This document shows positions 28,937 through 42,100 of a stretch of 64,000 nt of DNA, piece after piece. Source of the stretch: the human T2T-CHM13v2.0 reference genome, Homo sapiens; NCBI RefSeq assembly GCF_009914755.1, contig NC_060934.1. One strand, written 5' to 3'. The notes under the pieces were generated by a model. The model saw only the letters and a list, made by a program, of their open reading frames with translations, had not been told where the DNA came from and did no database searches. Position 1 is the first letter of the stretch. Each line of letters starts with the position of its first letter. Made by a program: the position numbers and the translations under genes.

Positions 28937-29033
28937 TCTGGTCTCCTCCCATTTTAAAGAAAAAGAAAATACCAAAGCAAGAGGAAACGCAATCTGTCTA
29001 AGATTAGGGCATGCTGAGGAGGGAGGAGGAAAG

Positions 29034-29475
29034 TGTGGGAGATGTCCTGTGGTCTTTGCCTACCCAGCCTCTATGCCCCTTTTCACAGCAGCACCCCCAC
29101 TTTCCTTTAGGAAAATTATCTCTTCCTCTCAGTCTATGTAGTTCAAAGGGGACAGATGGCCTCACATTGGCTCCAACATTGGAGTCCTTTCTACCCCCTG
29201 CCAACAGCAATTGGGCCATTAATAATCACATGATCCATGACAAGCCAATAAGACTCAAGCGTGGAACATTTGCAGGAAAGAATAGGAAAAGTCATCCTTC
29301 CCTGAGAATGAAGCCACTGCAGAGAAAAGTAAAAGTAATAGACTACTGATGTCATCATTTGAACACCTGGATCCAGCTGTGCCTGAAATCTACACCAGAC
29401 CTTTCCAGTTACAGGAGACAATACATTCCCCTTCTGGCTTAAAATGTGCTTGAGGAAACAAGGCTGATTTCATCA
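29034..29475 (+). mobile_element. MLT1K/L-like MaLR LTR
   Basis: tgtgggagatgtcctgtggtctttgcctacccagc...tttgaacacctggatccagctgtgcctgaa...aatacattcccc...gcttaa. Confidence 0.55.
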
Positions 29476-29870
29476 GATAACTGAGCCCCACATAGGGGCC
29501 GAAACTGTAAACCTTTGCATACAGTGAGTGTTCTGCCTGGAATACTCTTCTCCCACAGAGACTTATGGCCTGCTCCCTTAAGTCTTTGCTCAAATATCTC
29601 CTTTTCAATGAAGTCTTCCCTGGCCACCTGTTTAAATTTGCAACACTTTCTTTCCAATAGCACTTTTCTGCTTTATTTTTCTCCATAGCACTTAAAACCG
29701 CTAATATACTTAATAATTCATTTACTTCTTTCACTTACTGTCTGCCTTCCCCACTGCTGCAGCCTTGGTGCCTAATAGAGTGTCTGGGACAGAGTTGGCT
29801 CAATAACCATGAATGAATGACTAGAAAGGGCTATGAGTATCAGCCCCTCATTAGCTACAAAGGCTGGGTT

Positions 29871-30027
29871 TAGTGTTGCCAGATAAAATACAGGATACCC
29901 AGTAAAATTTAAATTTCAGATAAACAACAAATAACTTTTTAGTATAAGTATATTCCAAATACCACATGGGACATGCTTATACTAAAACCTTATTCATTAT
30001 TTATCTAACAATGTACATTTAACTGGA
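29871..30027. mobile_element. MER53 palindromic hAT MITE
   Basis: gttgccagataaaatacaggatacccagtaaaatttaaatttcagataaacaac...tttttagtataagtatattccaaata...tgggacatgcttatactaaaa. Confidence 0.8.
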
Positions 30028-30849
30028 CCCCAACACAAATACCCACTGCAACTATGACTGCAGATGAAGATGTTTAAAAAGATGCCAGCAAATTATGTTC
30101 ATCATTTAAAACTCTGGAATTAATTCCCAAGGCAAAGCCACACTGGGGATCATTGTGATTTGGAGTAAGGGGAAGAACCAAAGACAGTGGTGAAAAGCTT
30201 TGTCTGCAGTGACAAAGGGGGCGGGGCAGAGGGAGGCCAGGCACGTGGGAGGCAGGTGGGGAGGGTGCACTGGTGAGTCATCCTCTTGGGGACTTGGCCA
30301 CAGCAGGCAGGAAGCTGGTCCCGATTCCTGCTTCTCTCCCTCTGGCTGCCTGTGGCTCAGGGAAGCTGGGGAAGAGAAAAGTGGGACCTGCAGCCCTGGA
30401 CGCTAATATTTTCTTTCCAAATGTGTTAAGCCCCACAGAGCTACAATGATCCAAGAGGAGGCCCAGGAGAGGGAGGCCACTGGGCAGATGTATCTGGGGG
30501 CTGCCTGCTGACATGTGTGGGACCTGCTGCCCAAGCCTCCCAGGCCAGCCTCAGATAGGACCTGTTAGGTCTTGCCCTGGTCCCTGAGCCTCTGCCCTGT
30601 GAGACTCTGAACAGGAGGGTATTTAGGAGGATGGGGAGGCCCTGATACAGGGTCAACCATGGTAACTGAAGGTGTAGATTCGGGGGAAAATCCAGCTCTC
30701 CCACCGCTATGGGACCTCAATAAGATGGGGACAGTACTGCCAGCCCCTCAGGCATTGTCAGGATTAAACAGTGTCCAATAGCACAAAACACAGGTTCAAG
30801 CAATTATCCCAGCACCCCTTGCTTCTTCTCGTGCCACTGACACCATAAA

Positions 30850-31000
30850 GCAATGGTTATCACAATGAGCGGGCATCATAAGCACACCAGAGGGCTTGTT
30901 GAAACACAGTGTGCTGGGCCCATCCCAGAACCTACATTCGAACCAAGATGTCAGGCACTTCTGATGCTGCTGGGCTTGGAAGCCCACTTTGGGGACCACA
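30850..31000. mobile_element. MER5A-like hAT-Charlie
   Basis: caatggttatcaca...gagggcttgttgaaacacag...gctgggccc...tgatgctgctgg...ccactttggggaccac. Confidence 0.6.
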
Positions 31001-32769
31001 GCTCCTGACTACCCTAGTATGGCTCGGTGACTGCTGAAATGAGACATGGATCTTCACCCCCAGCTCTCTCCTGGCCTCTCCCTTCACCCAAGGACAGAAC
31101 CACCTGCTTGTTTCAATATTGGACATTGGTGGAGGGGTGAGGAAAAGAGGAGGGCAGGGAGATCGTCCCACATCTGAGGCTCTAGTGTTTCCTTTTGAGT
31201 CAAGCCTCCCAGGATGTTTCTGAACTGGTCCCTGGCCACCACGTGGGGACCTGGAAGATAGCTCCCTGCTCCTCAGTCCTGGGGGCCCAAGTTCCACAGC
31301 CCCTTGGTAGACCCTGGAGAGGAGAAATCAACGTGAAAAAGGCTGGGAGGCAGGGGGGCCCTCCAGTCACAGTGGTTAACTGCATCAGTAATTCATAGCA
31401 CAAGAGGTATGTGGCAGATAATGCTATTTCGCCAGCCCTCTTACCTATTGTTTTACAAGGCATTCATTATTTTAATTACTTTATGATAGGCAAGGAAAAA
31501 CACAGACTAAAGGGAGATAATGCCCTTGTTATTATTTGCTTACACTAGATGTTGTGAGCTTAATTACCATGTGTGGGAAGCAGGACTGGGAGGAGTGATG
31601 GGGGAGCTATTTAAAGCCTGATGCCAGCCGGCCAGACTAGCCACCAGGCTAGCCACAGATCTTGTGCCTGGAGGAAGAGGCCCCTCTCTCCACCACTGAC
31701 TTCACTCTGGCCAAAGCACCTCTTATGGGGAGCAGGCATTATAACTCCATGCTCCAAAGAAAAAGCAGAGAAGGTTCAGTAGCCTTGCTGGGAACATGCA
31801 GGGGCAGAGTCCATTATAAGAGTGTTGGCCACCATTGAACAAGCCAGAACTAGGTGCCAGCAACTAAGAATTAAGTGTTTTCTATGCATTGTCTTGCTTA
31901 AACCTTATAATACATCCAACAGGCAAGTGAAATTATTTCCATTTTACAGACAGGGTAACTAAGAGCAGGTATCTCTCAGAAAAAGGCACAGAGCCTGAGA
32001 GCTCAGGCTGGAAGCAGAGAGCCCACCTGGGCTTGTACCTGCTCCAGAACTTCCAAGCTGATGGCTGTGGCCCATCAACCCTTGAGTCTCAGCCTCTTCC
32101 ATGTAAGATGGGGACAAACATGCCGCCTCATTAAGGTGGTGGGGAAGCTGAAGCTTGGCACAGTCCCGAGCACACAGTGGTTACAGCTGCCCTGATGAAG
32201 CACCCGCTGATGGGGCTGGGGCCTCTAAGAGTAATCCACTGAAGCTGCACCACTTTCATCAACCAGTGGCCCTGGGAGGCACACTGGCCAGAGTGAACCT
32301 TTAATAAATAATCACAGAATGGAGGATAAGGAGGTGCAGGTTCTAACACTGTTATCCTCCAATGAGCAAGAAGTCCCTATAAGGCAAGGTGCTGTGACTC
32401 CTGCAGGGCTTCTAGTAGGCGCTGTGTGACCACCACCCAGGACAGCTGGGGCAGGGATTCCCGCACAGGGTGGACCCCAGACCCAGTGACATCTCAGACC
32501 CCTTCTGACTCGCCCCATTAGATCAACCTCCCATTTTTAAGATGAGAACGCTGAGGACCAGGGAGAGGCTGCCTCCTGAGTCCCAGCATTCCGTTCTTGC
32601 TCCTGGCCCCACAGGATACTGCCTCACAGGGGAACAAATGGTTTGTTCCAAATAGCAAAGGGGATATGCAGCCACGCCCAAACCTTCCACCTCCCACTGC
32701 AGAGGACCCTGTCCTTACACAGGAAGCACTTCCCAGTAGGGGCAGCCCGATGTCAGTCAGGAAATCACT

Positions 32770-32967
32770 GAGTGCGTGTGCTCACACATGTGTGTGTGCA
32801 TGTGTGAGAGTGTGTGCATGTGTGTGCACGTGTGAGAGTGTGTGCATGTGTGTGTGCGTTTGTGTGCACGTGTGAGTGTGTACGTGTGTGTGCATGTCTG
32901 AGAATGTGTGCATGTGTGTGTGCATCTGTGCGTGTGCTCACACATGCGTGTGTGTGTCTGTGTGTGT
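32770..32967. repeat. Degenerate (TG)n / TGCA-interrupted alternating purine-pyrimidine repeat
   Basis: Seen directly. Confidence 0.9.
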
Positions 32968-35384
32968 AAGGGAGAGAAACCCCACTGGCTGCAGCCTCCA
33001 GCTACCCCAGCTTCAGGAGGACAGGCCACCAGATCTTCTGAAATGCAAGAAAAGATGTCTTGGGAAAAGAAAGGAACATGGAGGGAAGAATAGGGAGAAA
33101 AATGAGAGGTGAGGCCATCGCGTGGGGAGGCCATCTCAGAAAGAGGAGGTCCTGCAGGAGCCCTCCCCCTGCCCTTGGCAGCTCCCTGAGAAAGGGATTC
33201 GGCCTTGCACTGGAGGCCACTCTGGATCTGCCTCCAACCCTGCCCTCTCTCCCCACTAGAGCCTTGTGTAAAGCAGGCCACAGCTGCCTCTCAGTGGCAA
33301 CAGTGACATCTAATTTCAGTGCCCACATCAGAAGGTGGGGAGGAATTCAGGGCAAGGGTGCAGGCACAGGAGGCAGGGAACACCAGAGAGAAGAGTGGCC
33401 ACAGTCCCCTCCCGACACCCACCCTACCAGGCAACCTCTCACGGGGCTGTGCCCAGCCTTACACCCTCACCCCTTTCTATGCCTTCTCCCCATTCCCTTT
33501 AGTGGTGTTCCCCACGATGACTTTTTGTTGACATGGCCGCAGAGGGGCTCACCCTTCCTATGTCACCTGGGGCCAAGGGCCTGACTGCACCCCATCACCT
33601 GGTGCTCAAGATACAAACCTCATCTGATGCGTTTGGGCATTTCCCGCTGAATCACAAGATCAAAGACCAAAGCTTGAGAAGGGACCTTAGCAATTCCTGA
33701 GGATCCCCACCACCACCCAACTACCACACACACAGTGTACAGATGAGAAAACTGAGGCCCAGAGGGAAAGCCACAAGCTCAGGGCCACCCAGCCCAGCCA
33801 GGTGACCACCGGGCCAGGAAGCAAGCCCCAGTTGCTCTGTTTCCCTTATCTCTTGTTGCCTCCCCGATAAGACAATTGCTCCAAATCTAGCCCAAGTGAC
33901 AGTCACTCTGCTGCCCCAGCCTGGAACCTGGAGTTCAGGGTGTTCCTAGGACTGGCAGAAGGCTCCACCTAGCCTGGTACTGGGTTCAGGTGTGAGGGTC
34001 ATGACAAGGGCTAATCCTGCTTGTCTTCAAAGGGCCCAGCCTTCCCCAGCCACGACAGCTGCTCTGGTCTAGCACAGGAGAGCAAGCTTGTGCTAATCCT
34101 AGGACCCCACAGCCCCAACCCTCAGATTTGGCTGTCTCCGTCTCTCATCCTTGCTGAATTAGACCCAGTATACTGGGACTCTCAGGTCTGTGGTGTGGCA
34201 GGAAGAACTATGAAAATCAAAAGATACTCTGGACCAAGTCCAACTTTTCTGGGTGGCCTCCAGCAAGTCATGTCATTCCTCAAACCCTCCATATTCTCTT
34301 CTATGAACAGGGATGAGTCCTGCCTTGTCACCCTGCCTGATTCTTGCAGGAGCCCTAATCTGGTAACAGAGCATTGCCTTTCTGAAAGCAACTGCTTTAC
34401 AAACGGCAGGCAAGTGGAGTCACTGTCCTCTGGTTCTGGGCAGGAAGCAGGGCTGCTCTGGAGAAAGAAGTCCTGTGCCACAAAGCCAGAGCCCTCACAG
34501 AACGCAGGGCTCAACACTCAGATTCCTACCCAGCTGCAACTTGCAGGGCAGGTCCCCCGTTGTCACCCTGCACCCTAACAGGATGTCAAATTGCCAAGTC
34601 TCAGCAGGTGACCTGTCATGCTGGGCACACCCTCCCTGACAGGGTGAGCTGCTGCCACACCTGCTCTCACCCGGTTGGACTCTCTCACCCCCAGGCACAC
34701 TCCTGACACCTGTCAAGCTGAACCAGGCACCAAGGTCACTGCAGGCACCACACCTGCTGGATGACTGCCTCAGGCATGAGAAGCTGGCTGGGCCCGCCTT
34801 GAGGGGATCCCAGGGCCCCTCCCTGCTGCCTGCCTAGAGCCAAGCCTTGAAGCTCCAAGTCTGCCTCGGGTTTAACTACGTGTCAGTTCTTTGGACACTG
34901 GTTCCTCATCCAGGATCTGGGAAGTTGTTTAGGCAAAGGCCATCTGGGAAGAAAAATACTTTTCAAAAATGTAACTGAAATCATGTCACTGTTGTACCCA
35001 ACACCCTCCTATGGCTTCTTGGCCCATTCAGAGGACAAGTGAAGTCTTCACACCCAATCAGCCCCACTCGTGCCTGTCATCCTGCGAGTCTGCCGCTCAC
35101 TAGCTCCACTTCAGATGCAATGGCCTCCTCATGCTGCCAGGACATTCCAGACCCAGTCCCGTCTCGGGGCTGTCTGCACTGGCCTCTGCCTCTGCTCCAG
35201 AGATCCCCGTGGCTGCACCCTCATTTCTCTCGAGCTTTGGTTCACATCCTCACTTTGTCCATGAGCTCTCCACCTCATCCCGACCTCTCCCTGTCTGTGC
35301 TGTCTTCTCCGGAGTGTGTCTGCCACCTGCTTCCTTTACTTCATCATTGTGTGCTGTCTGCAAGCTGCATGAGGGAAAGAGTTT

Positions 35385-35603
35385 TTGTCTGTTTCTTTTT
35401 GTTTTGTTTGTTTTGTTTTAGACAGAGTCTTTCTCTGTCACCCAGGCTGGAGTGCAGTGGCGTGATCTCGGCTCACTGCAACCTCTGCCTCCTGGGTTCA
35501 AGCGATTCTCCTGTCTCAGCCTCCTGAGTGCTAGGAGTATAGGCATGTGCCACCACACCTGTTTAGTTTTTGCATTTTTAGTAGAGATGGGGGTTTCACC
35601 ATG
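35385..35603 (-). mobile_element. Truncated Alu (right arm plus linker) within an L2-like segment
   Basis: Reverse Alu stops at gtttcaccatgt. Confidence 0.85.
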
Positions 35604-37226
35604 TCTGTTTCATTTATGGCTGTATCTTCAATATTGAATCCCTGTGAGCTCAGAGTAAGCACCTGACAAATCTTGGTGGGTGGGAGGGAAGGAAGGAGTG
35701 GGGAAAGGAGGAGAGGAGGGAGGAGAGCTACAGCAAATGGAAAGTCAGTTCTTACCATGCACAATCTAGAATAGATATTACTAGTAAATAGTACTACTAA
35801 CAATAATTATACTATCGACTACTGTTTTTTAGCATGATCATAGTAACTCTATGACGTTGGTACTAATGTCCTCCATTGACAGATGAGAGGTTAAGTAGCT
35901 GGCCCAGGAAGACACAGTGTGAATTTAAATCCAGCTGTCTGATGCCAAAAAGGGACACGTACCCATCCTGCTGTCCTCCCGGGAACAGTGTGAGCAGCAG
36001 ACGGGAGAATGCATGTGCAAGGATTATTGGCTGCTGCAAAGTGCCCACGAAAGGTTTATTAACATGAAGAGCACTCAATTCATGCCACTTCTGGGTACTG
36101 CTTGTACCATCACGACCCTTCTTCCAGGGCCCTGTGCCTATGGAGGGCAGTTCCATCAAGGACAGAGAAACACAGTTCCTTTCTCTGCCAAGAACCTGCC
36201 CGGAACCATAAATTCACCCTTCGTGGAGCAGAGTATCACATTGGAAATGAGCGTGGCCAAGCTGACGGGCTGTGAAGCCCTCCTGCTAAGAACCACGGTT
36301 CTCTATGCAGATGCTGCTAAAGGAAGATTTGGCTTCCTCCCTCGCCATGCGTATCCTTGGAGTCCTTAGCACGCTCTGCCCAGCGGTCTCCAGCACTAAG
36401 AGGCTGAGCTCTGCCGGGCCTGACGCACCTGAGTGGGAGGTAGGGTTCTGACAGGGAACAGGAGAGATCAGGTTAGCACAAAACCATCTCCGCTAGCCCT
36501 TTTGGGACCAGAGTAGGGGCTGGGAAGCCCCTCTCATCCCTGGAAGCTGGATGTTCTGCCCAGCACCCTGGAACCATGGGATAGTCCCAGGATGCTTGAC
36601 CCCCAGAGGGCTGTGAGAGAAGGAAGGGCCTCATGCCTCACAGCCCCTTTGTCCTCAAATTTTCCTGGTCAACATCAGAAGGCCATTTCCCCTGAGCCTT
36701 CATTGATGGACTGCGCTCTGAGTTACTCATTCCATCTGCCAGGAGCCCCACCCCACCCTCTCCCTGGCCACTCCATTGCCCCATCTCCTCTCGTCTGTTG
36801 AAACTGACCCAGCAGCCCCACATGCTGCTGTCCTCAACTGGGCACAATGCAGAAGGGCTCCTTCTCTCCTACCAAAGGGTGGGGGCAGGGGGAAGCCTTC
36901 TGGACCAGAAGCTATGAAGCCAGGCACAGGCTGTGTGCCCTGGGCCAGTCACCTAACCTCTCTGAGAAGAGTCCCTATCTGGGAGACGAGAGGGGGTGGT
37001 GAGTTAAATCCACAGTTTTCTGTACCTTGAGGCCCAGCATTGTGAGGTGCCCCAGGGGGGCTGGTTACCAAGGGAGGGCAGAGGAGGCAGGGCCCCGGAC
37101 CCCGCGGAAATAAAAGCGCCTCTGCATTGAGCAATTTCACCTATTATGGTTCTGTGCTAGACTGCATCTGAGTGAAGGGATTTTCTGGGGAAAAACATTA
37201 GAAATCCCCTGAGTAAAAGTCCATAG

Positions 37227-37562
<336 letters not shown>

Positions 37563-38876
37563 TAGCTTTTTAAAAAATGCTTTATTTCATGACAATAACT
37601 ATGACATCCTGTGGCACAGTTTGGCCTAAGATCCAGAAGTGTCTGAACCTCAATACCTTAGGAAGCCCTGGGGCTGCTGGTCCCTCCCCGCGGGCTGCTC
37701 TCCTCTCCTTCGCCTCAGGTTTTCACCAGCCCCGAATGCTGGGGCTGGGTCTTCCGTGTCCCCCCTCCCATGCCAAAGAGGACATCCACCCAGCAACCTC
37801 TTTCACCTCCTGGGCGGGTTTCCCAGCCACGGGCATTCTCCCAGGTACCAATAATCCTGCATATTAGGGTATTAGGCAGATTACCCAAAGCAGCTCAAGC
37901 AAATCAAGCATAGCATGGGCACCACCAGCTGGGGTTTTCATGGCAAGAGTTCTGCAAAGGGAATGGATGGAGGAGGTGGTTACTCTGAGACTCAAGGACC
38001 AGAGAAATAGGGCAACAGGGGACCCAGGTCTTTCCTAGAGCTGGTGTCAGGAGTGGCAGAGTTCACTTCTGCCCCTGGAAAGTTGCATAGTCCAACCTCT
38101 CCCTGGCTGCCATCACTTCTCCTGCTCTGCACCCCGGAGACTCTGCACCAGCAGGGCTTAAGACATTTGCACTGATTAACTCACCTAGCAGTTACTGTGT
38201 TTGCTAACTGTGGGCTGTACCTTTAGGGAAGGGACACACTGTCCACAGATTCAGGCAACAGGAACTTATAAAGAAGCTGGGACCTAACCGATTACCCCGA
38301 GCTGTCAGAAAGCCCTGTGAGTTTACTGGGTGTCTCGGCTGGACCTACAGTGCTCCACCATTGAGGCATTTTTAGCCATTGCTTTCTGGGTGCCCTGTCC
38401 AGATTCTCACTCTTAGAAGCACCCCTGCGCTGGGTGTGAACAACTACTCTTTGGAAGTCTTCATGGTAGAAAAAGGCCAGGTGACCTTTAACAAGTCCTT
38501 ACCATCTTGTGCCTCAGGTTTCTTTGTCTCAAATGCAGGGAGCCATGTAAACACTCCCCAAGGTCTGTCCAGCTCTAAACTGTCTGACCCGGAGGCCTGG
38601 ATTGTTAAGTCCCTTACTTTGCACGCACTGTCTCAGCTCTGTAACCCTGGGCAAGTCAATCAAGCATCATTTCCCTCCCCCGGGAAATGCTGCAGGACAG
38701 ATTCCTTTTCAGCTCTTCTCAGAGCCAGGTTCAAAGCTGCTCTCCCATTCCCTGAGGACCAAGGGGGTCAACTGGTGCTCAGGAGATCACTGATCCCCTC
38801 TTACATCTACTGTGTTCTGTCCTTGGTGATTTTACACCAACTTAATCTTCACAAGAAGCCTGCAAGATAGGAATGT

Positions 38877-39187
38877 TTTTTCTTTTTTTCTTTTTTCTTT
38901 TTCTTTTGAGACAGAGTCTCACTCTGTCGCCCAGGATGGAGTGCAGTGATGCAATCTCAGCTCACTGCAGCCTCCGCCTCCCAGGTTCAAACGATTCTCC
39001 TCCTCAGCCTCCCAGGTAGCTGGGATTACAGGCACCCACCACCATGCTCCAGTAATTTTTTTTTTCCTAGTAAGATGGGGTTTCAACATGTTGGATAGGC
39101 TGGTCTGGAACTCCTGACCTCAAGTGATCTGCCCGCCTCAGCCTCCCAAAGTGCTGGGATTACAGGCGTGAGCCACCACGCCTGGCT
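38877..39187 (-). mobile_element. AluS
   Basis: TSD GCAAGATAGGAATGT / GCAAGGTAGGAATGT. Confidence 0.95.
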
Positions 39188-42100
39188 GCAAGGTAGGAAT
39201 GTCATGAGGCTCAGAGAGATTGGGTAATTTTCCAAGATTACCCATCTTGTAAGTGGCAGAGCTGAAATTTCAATCTAGTCCATTCTAACTCTGAAGGCCA
39301 TATTTTTTCTCTCTATTCCACACTGTCTTGGGATAGGTCCAATGTGCAAGAACAGAGATGGAATCTCCATATAAAATTCTGTTTACTACTACTACTGAAA
39401 CAACCATCTCACAACCTATGGCTTCTAAGTAACAAAATCCTGTAGTACAGACATCTAAATTCAGTTATAATCCACTATGTACGGACAGAGAGTTGGAGAA
39501 ATGGGCTAGGGGACGGGGATCCAACCTGGGAATACAATGCTCATTAGACATTAGATATGTTCTCAAATGGCCACATATGCTGCCTAAAATTAGTAAGGCA
39601 ACCTCCAAACTTTCAGGGCTAATACATACATCCTGGCCAATGTGCCGTATTTGTAAAATAACAATCTCCTTCTCTTTCAATTAGCTTAATAAAATTGGAA
39701 AATATAAGTGACAGTCCAGAGTCCACTATCAGAGCCATAGAGACTTTGAATTGGATTAGTAGAGTCCTCAGCCAGGATGACCCTGGCAGGGTCCAAGACA
39801 GCCTGCTGTCCATCAGAGACTCGGAGACTCAGCTGCCAGTCTGCAGGGCAGCCCATCCTGCCCCAGAAGCTCAGCTCAAGACCTGCCCAGACAAGAAAAC
39901 TGTGGCAGGGGCCCAGCAGGAAGGCAAAAATTACATTTGTTTCTCATCAGGGCAGACTGGGATATGGATAACCAAACACACAGGAAATCCCAAACCCTCA
40001 TGTTCATAAAAGAATGCAGAAATCTTCGTGCCAAGTTAACTTTTACCGGAGGGAGCCCATTGCCATCCTGTAGACCAGGAGGAGGATCCAGCCCCCAAGG
40101 AGCCTCACTCTCCTCAGCAAAGGCTCCTGCAGGTAGCTCACAGGTGCTCTGTTCCCATGGGTCCTGCATGGCCACAGGGCAGTGCTGCCCCTGATGTGGT
40201 ACGGAATGAAAAGCCTCAGTACAGCGCACTGTGTGTGTCAGTGGAAGACAACTGATGAAGGGCCTCTCCCAGGAAGAACTGTCCTTTTCTTTGACATTAT
40301 ATCGTTACTCCTTTGTTGGGTATTAACATGTCCTTTTAATGAAATGACAATGGTGGCAGAGCTGGCATTTGACAGTTTCTTTTTTTATGTTTTTGCTTGT
40401 CAAAATAAAAAGCTGGTGGCCTTGTGATATTCTGTTTTATAAAAATTCATTGATTATCCCACAAAAAGTCTAGGAACCACTCCCCTAGCCCAAATGCCTC
40501 ATTCTACAGGCAGGAAATTTAAGGCCCCAATATTCCACACTCATAGTGGCCAGGTTCCCCTCGAAAAATGTGGCTTTCAGACTTCAGGGGCCCAGGGTGT
40601 GTCTGTCACACTAGCCAGAGGCAGCCTTGGGGCCAGGAAAGGTAGGGTCTGAGGGATGGAGGCATGGTCTCTCAGGGCTGGAGGAGCTCTGCAAGCTGCT
40701 GGCCCACACAATAGGGGAAAGGGGAAGGCAAGCATTTTCAGAGCTCAGGGCCATACCAACCGCCTGAGTTCCTGGCATCTAATGCCTTCACTACCACTAC
40801 TGCAGGAAATGCACAGAACTATAACAACCTCCCGGGAAATACTACAAGTGTTACCGTGGCCCCAAGCCACCACCCAAGGGGCAACTGGGAAGAAAGAATT
40901 CAACCACAGATAGCAGATAGGATGAATTGTTTATGGTTGAATATTCCCTTCAGAGTCAACAGAGGACTCCAAGCAATTTGGAGTAAAAAGATGAGTAACC
41001 CGAGAGCAATGTAAGTCACAGCCCAGTGCCCCACACGGAAGGGAACACGGTCATCCCCTTCGCTGCTGTTCTTTGCTTCCCACCACTACCACCTTCATCA
41101 CACACGTGTGCTTATTCTCTAGCAGTCAGGGCAGAGTCTGCCTGATTTGCCCACTCCACATCCTCAAAGCCTGAACAGCACCTAGCACACGGTGAGCATT
41201 TCACAGTGCACTGAAATAATAAATGAAGAAATTATGTTTTTTGTTCTGTCCTGCTTTGTTTTCACTCTTCGCTCATATCTTCTGGAATCTCAAAAATCCT
41301 GCCAAGTCCACAATGCCCTAAGCATAGAAGTCAAACTCCTCAAGGCCTGATCTTCAAGGCCTGGAGCTGAGGCTGCCGGCTGCCCTCCCCACTCGTCACT
41401 GACCTGCTCTTCCACCTGACTTCTCGGCTATGACTTGGTCCTCCTGACTGCCACACCTCCGTGCTGGCTGTTCCCACTCCTGGGATGCTCTCCCCATTGC
41501 TCCCCAACCATCTTCATCCTCCCTGATCAAATCCCAGAGGTGCAGTGAAGTTCTCCTTCCTGGCTAGATCTCCCCAAAGCTCTCCCTGTCCTGTCTCCAG
41601 GGCCCACATCTGCTCCCCCAATTCCACATGGGACAGGTACTTAGCTGTCTTTTGGTCCATGCATGTTGCATTGCCCCAGTTAGCCTGGACAATCCTTGAA
41701 GGCAAGGCCTATATACCTTTTATGCCCAAAGTGTTTGGCATACAGCAATGTGCTTAACAGACACGTACCGATTGAGTAAATTAAATCTCTGCTCAGTGGG
41801 CACTGGAAAAGCAAGAGCTTTCCCAGGCATCACTGACGTCTGGGTAAACCAGGCCAGTTTCCATGACTTGAAGCTTAAACTGGGGGTTGGCTCCTAACTG
41901 CTGTTCCTCAGGGCAGCTACATTTTCAAATAAAAACACTAAATCCCAAATGAGATCAGATGACATGGAGCTTCTGAGAGGCACATGCCCTACCAGGCATG
42001 TCAGTCAAAAGAAAGATGAATGTTCTTGTTTACAAAAGGATTTGTCCCGTGCCAGGAAAATTTCCACCATGATTTAGGACCTAATCCAGTCTGTGCCTAT

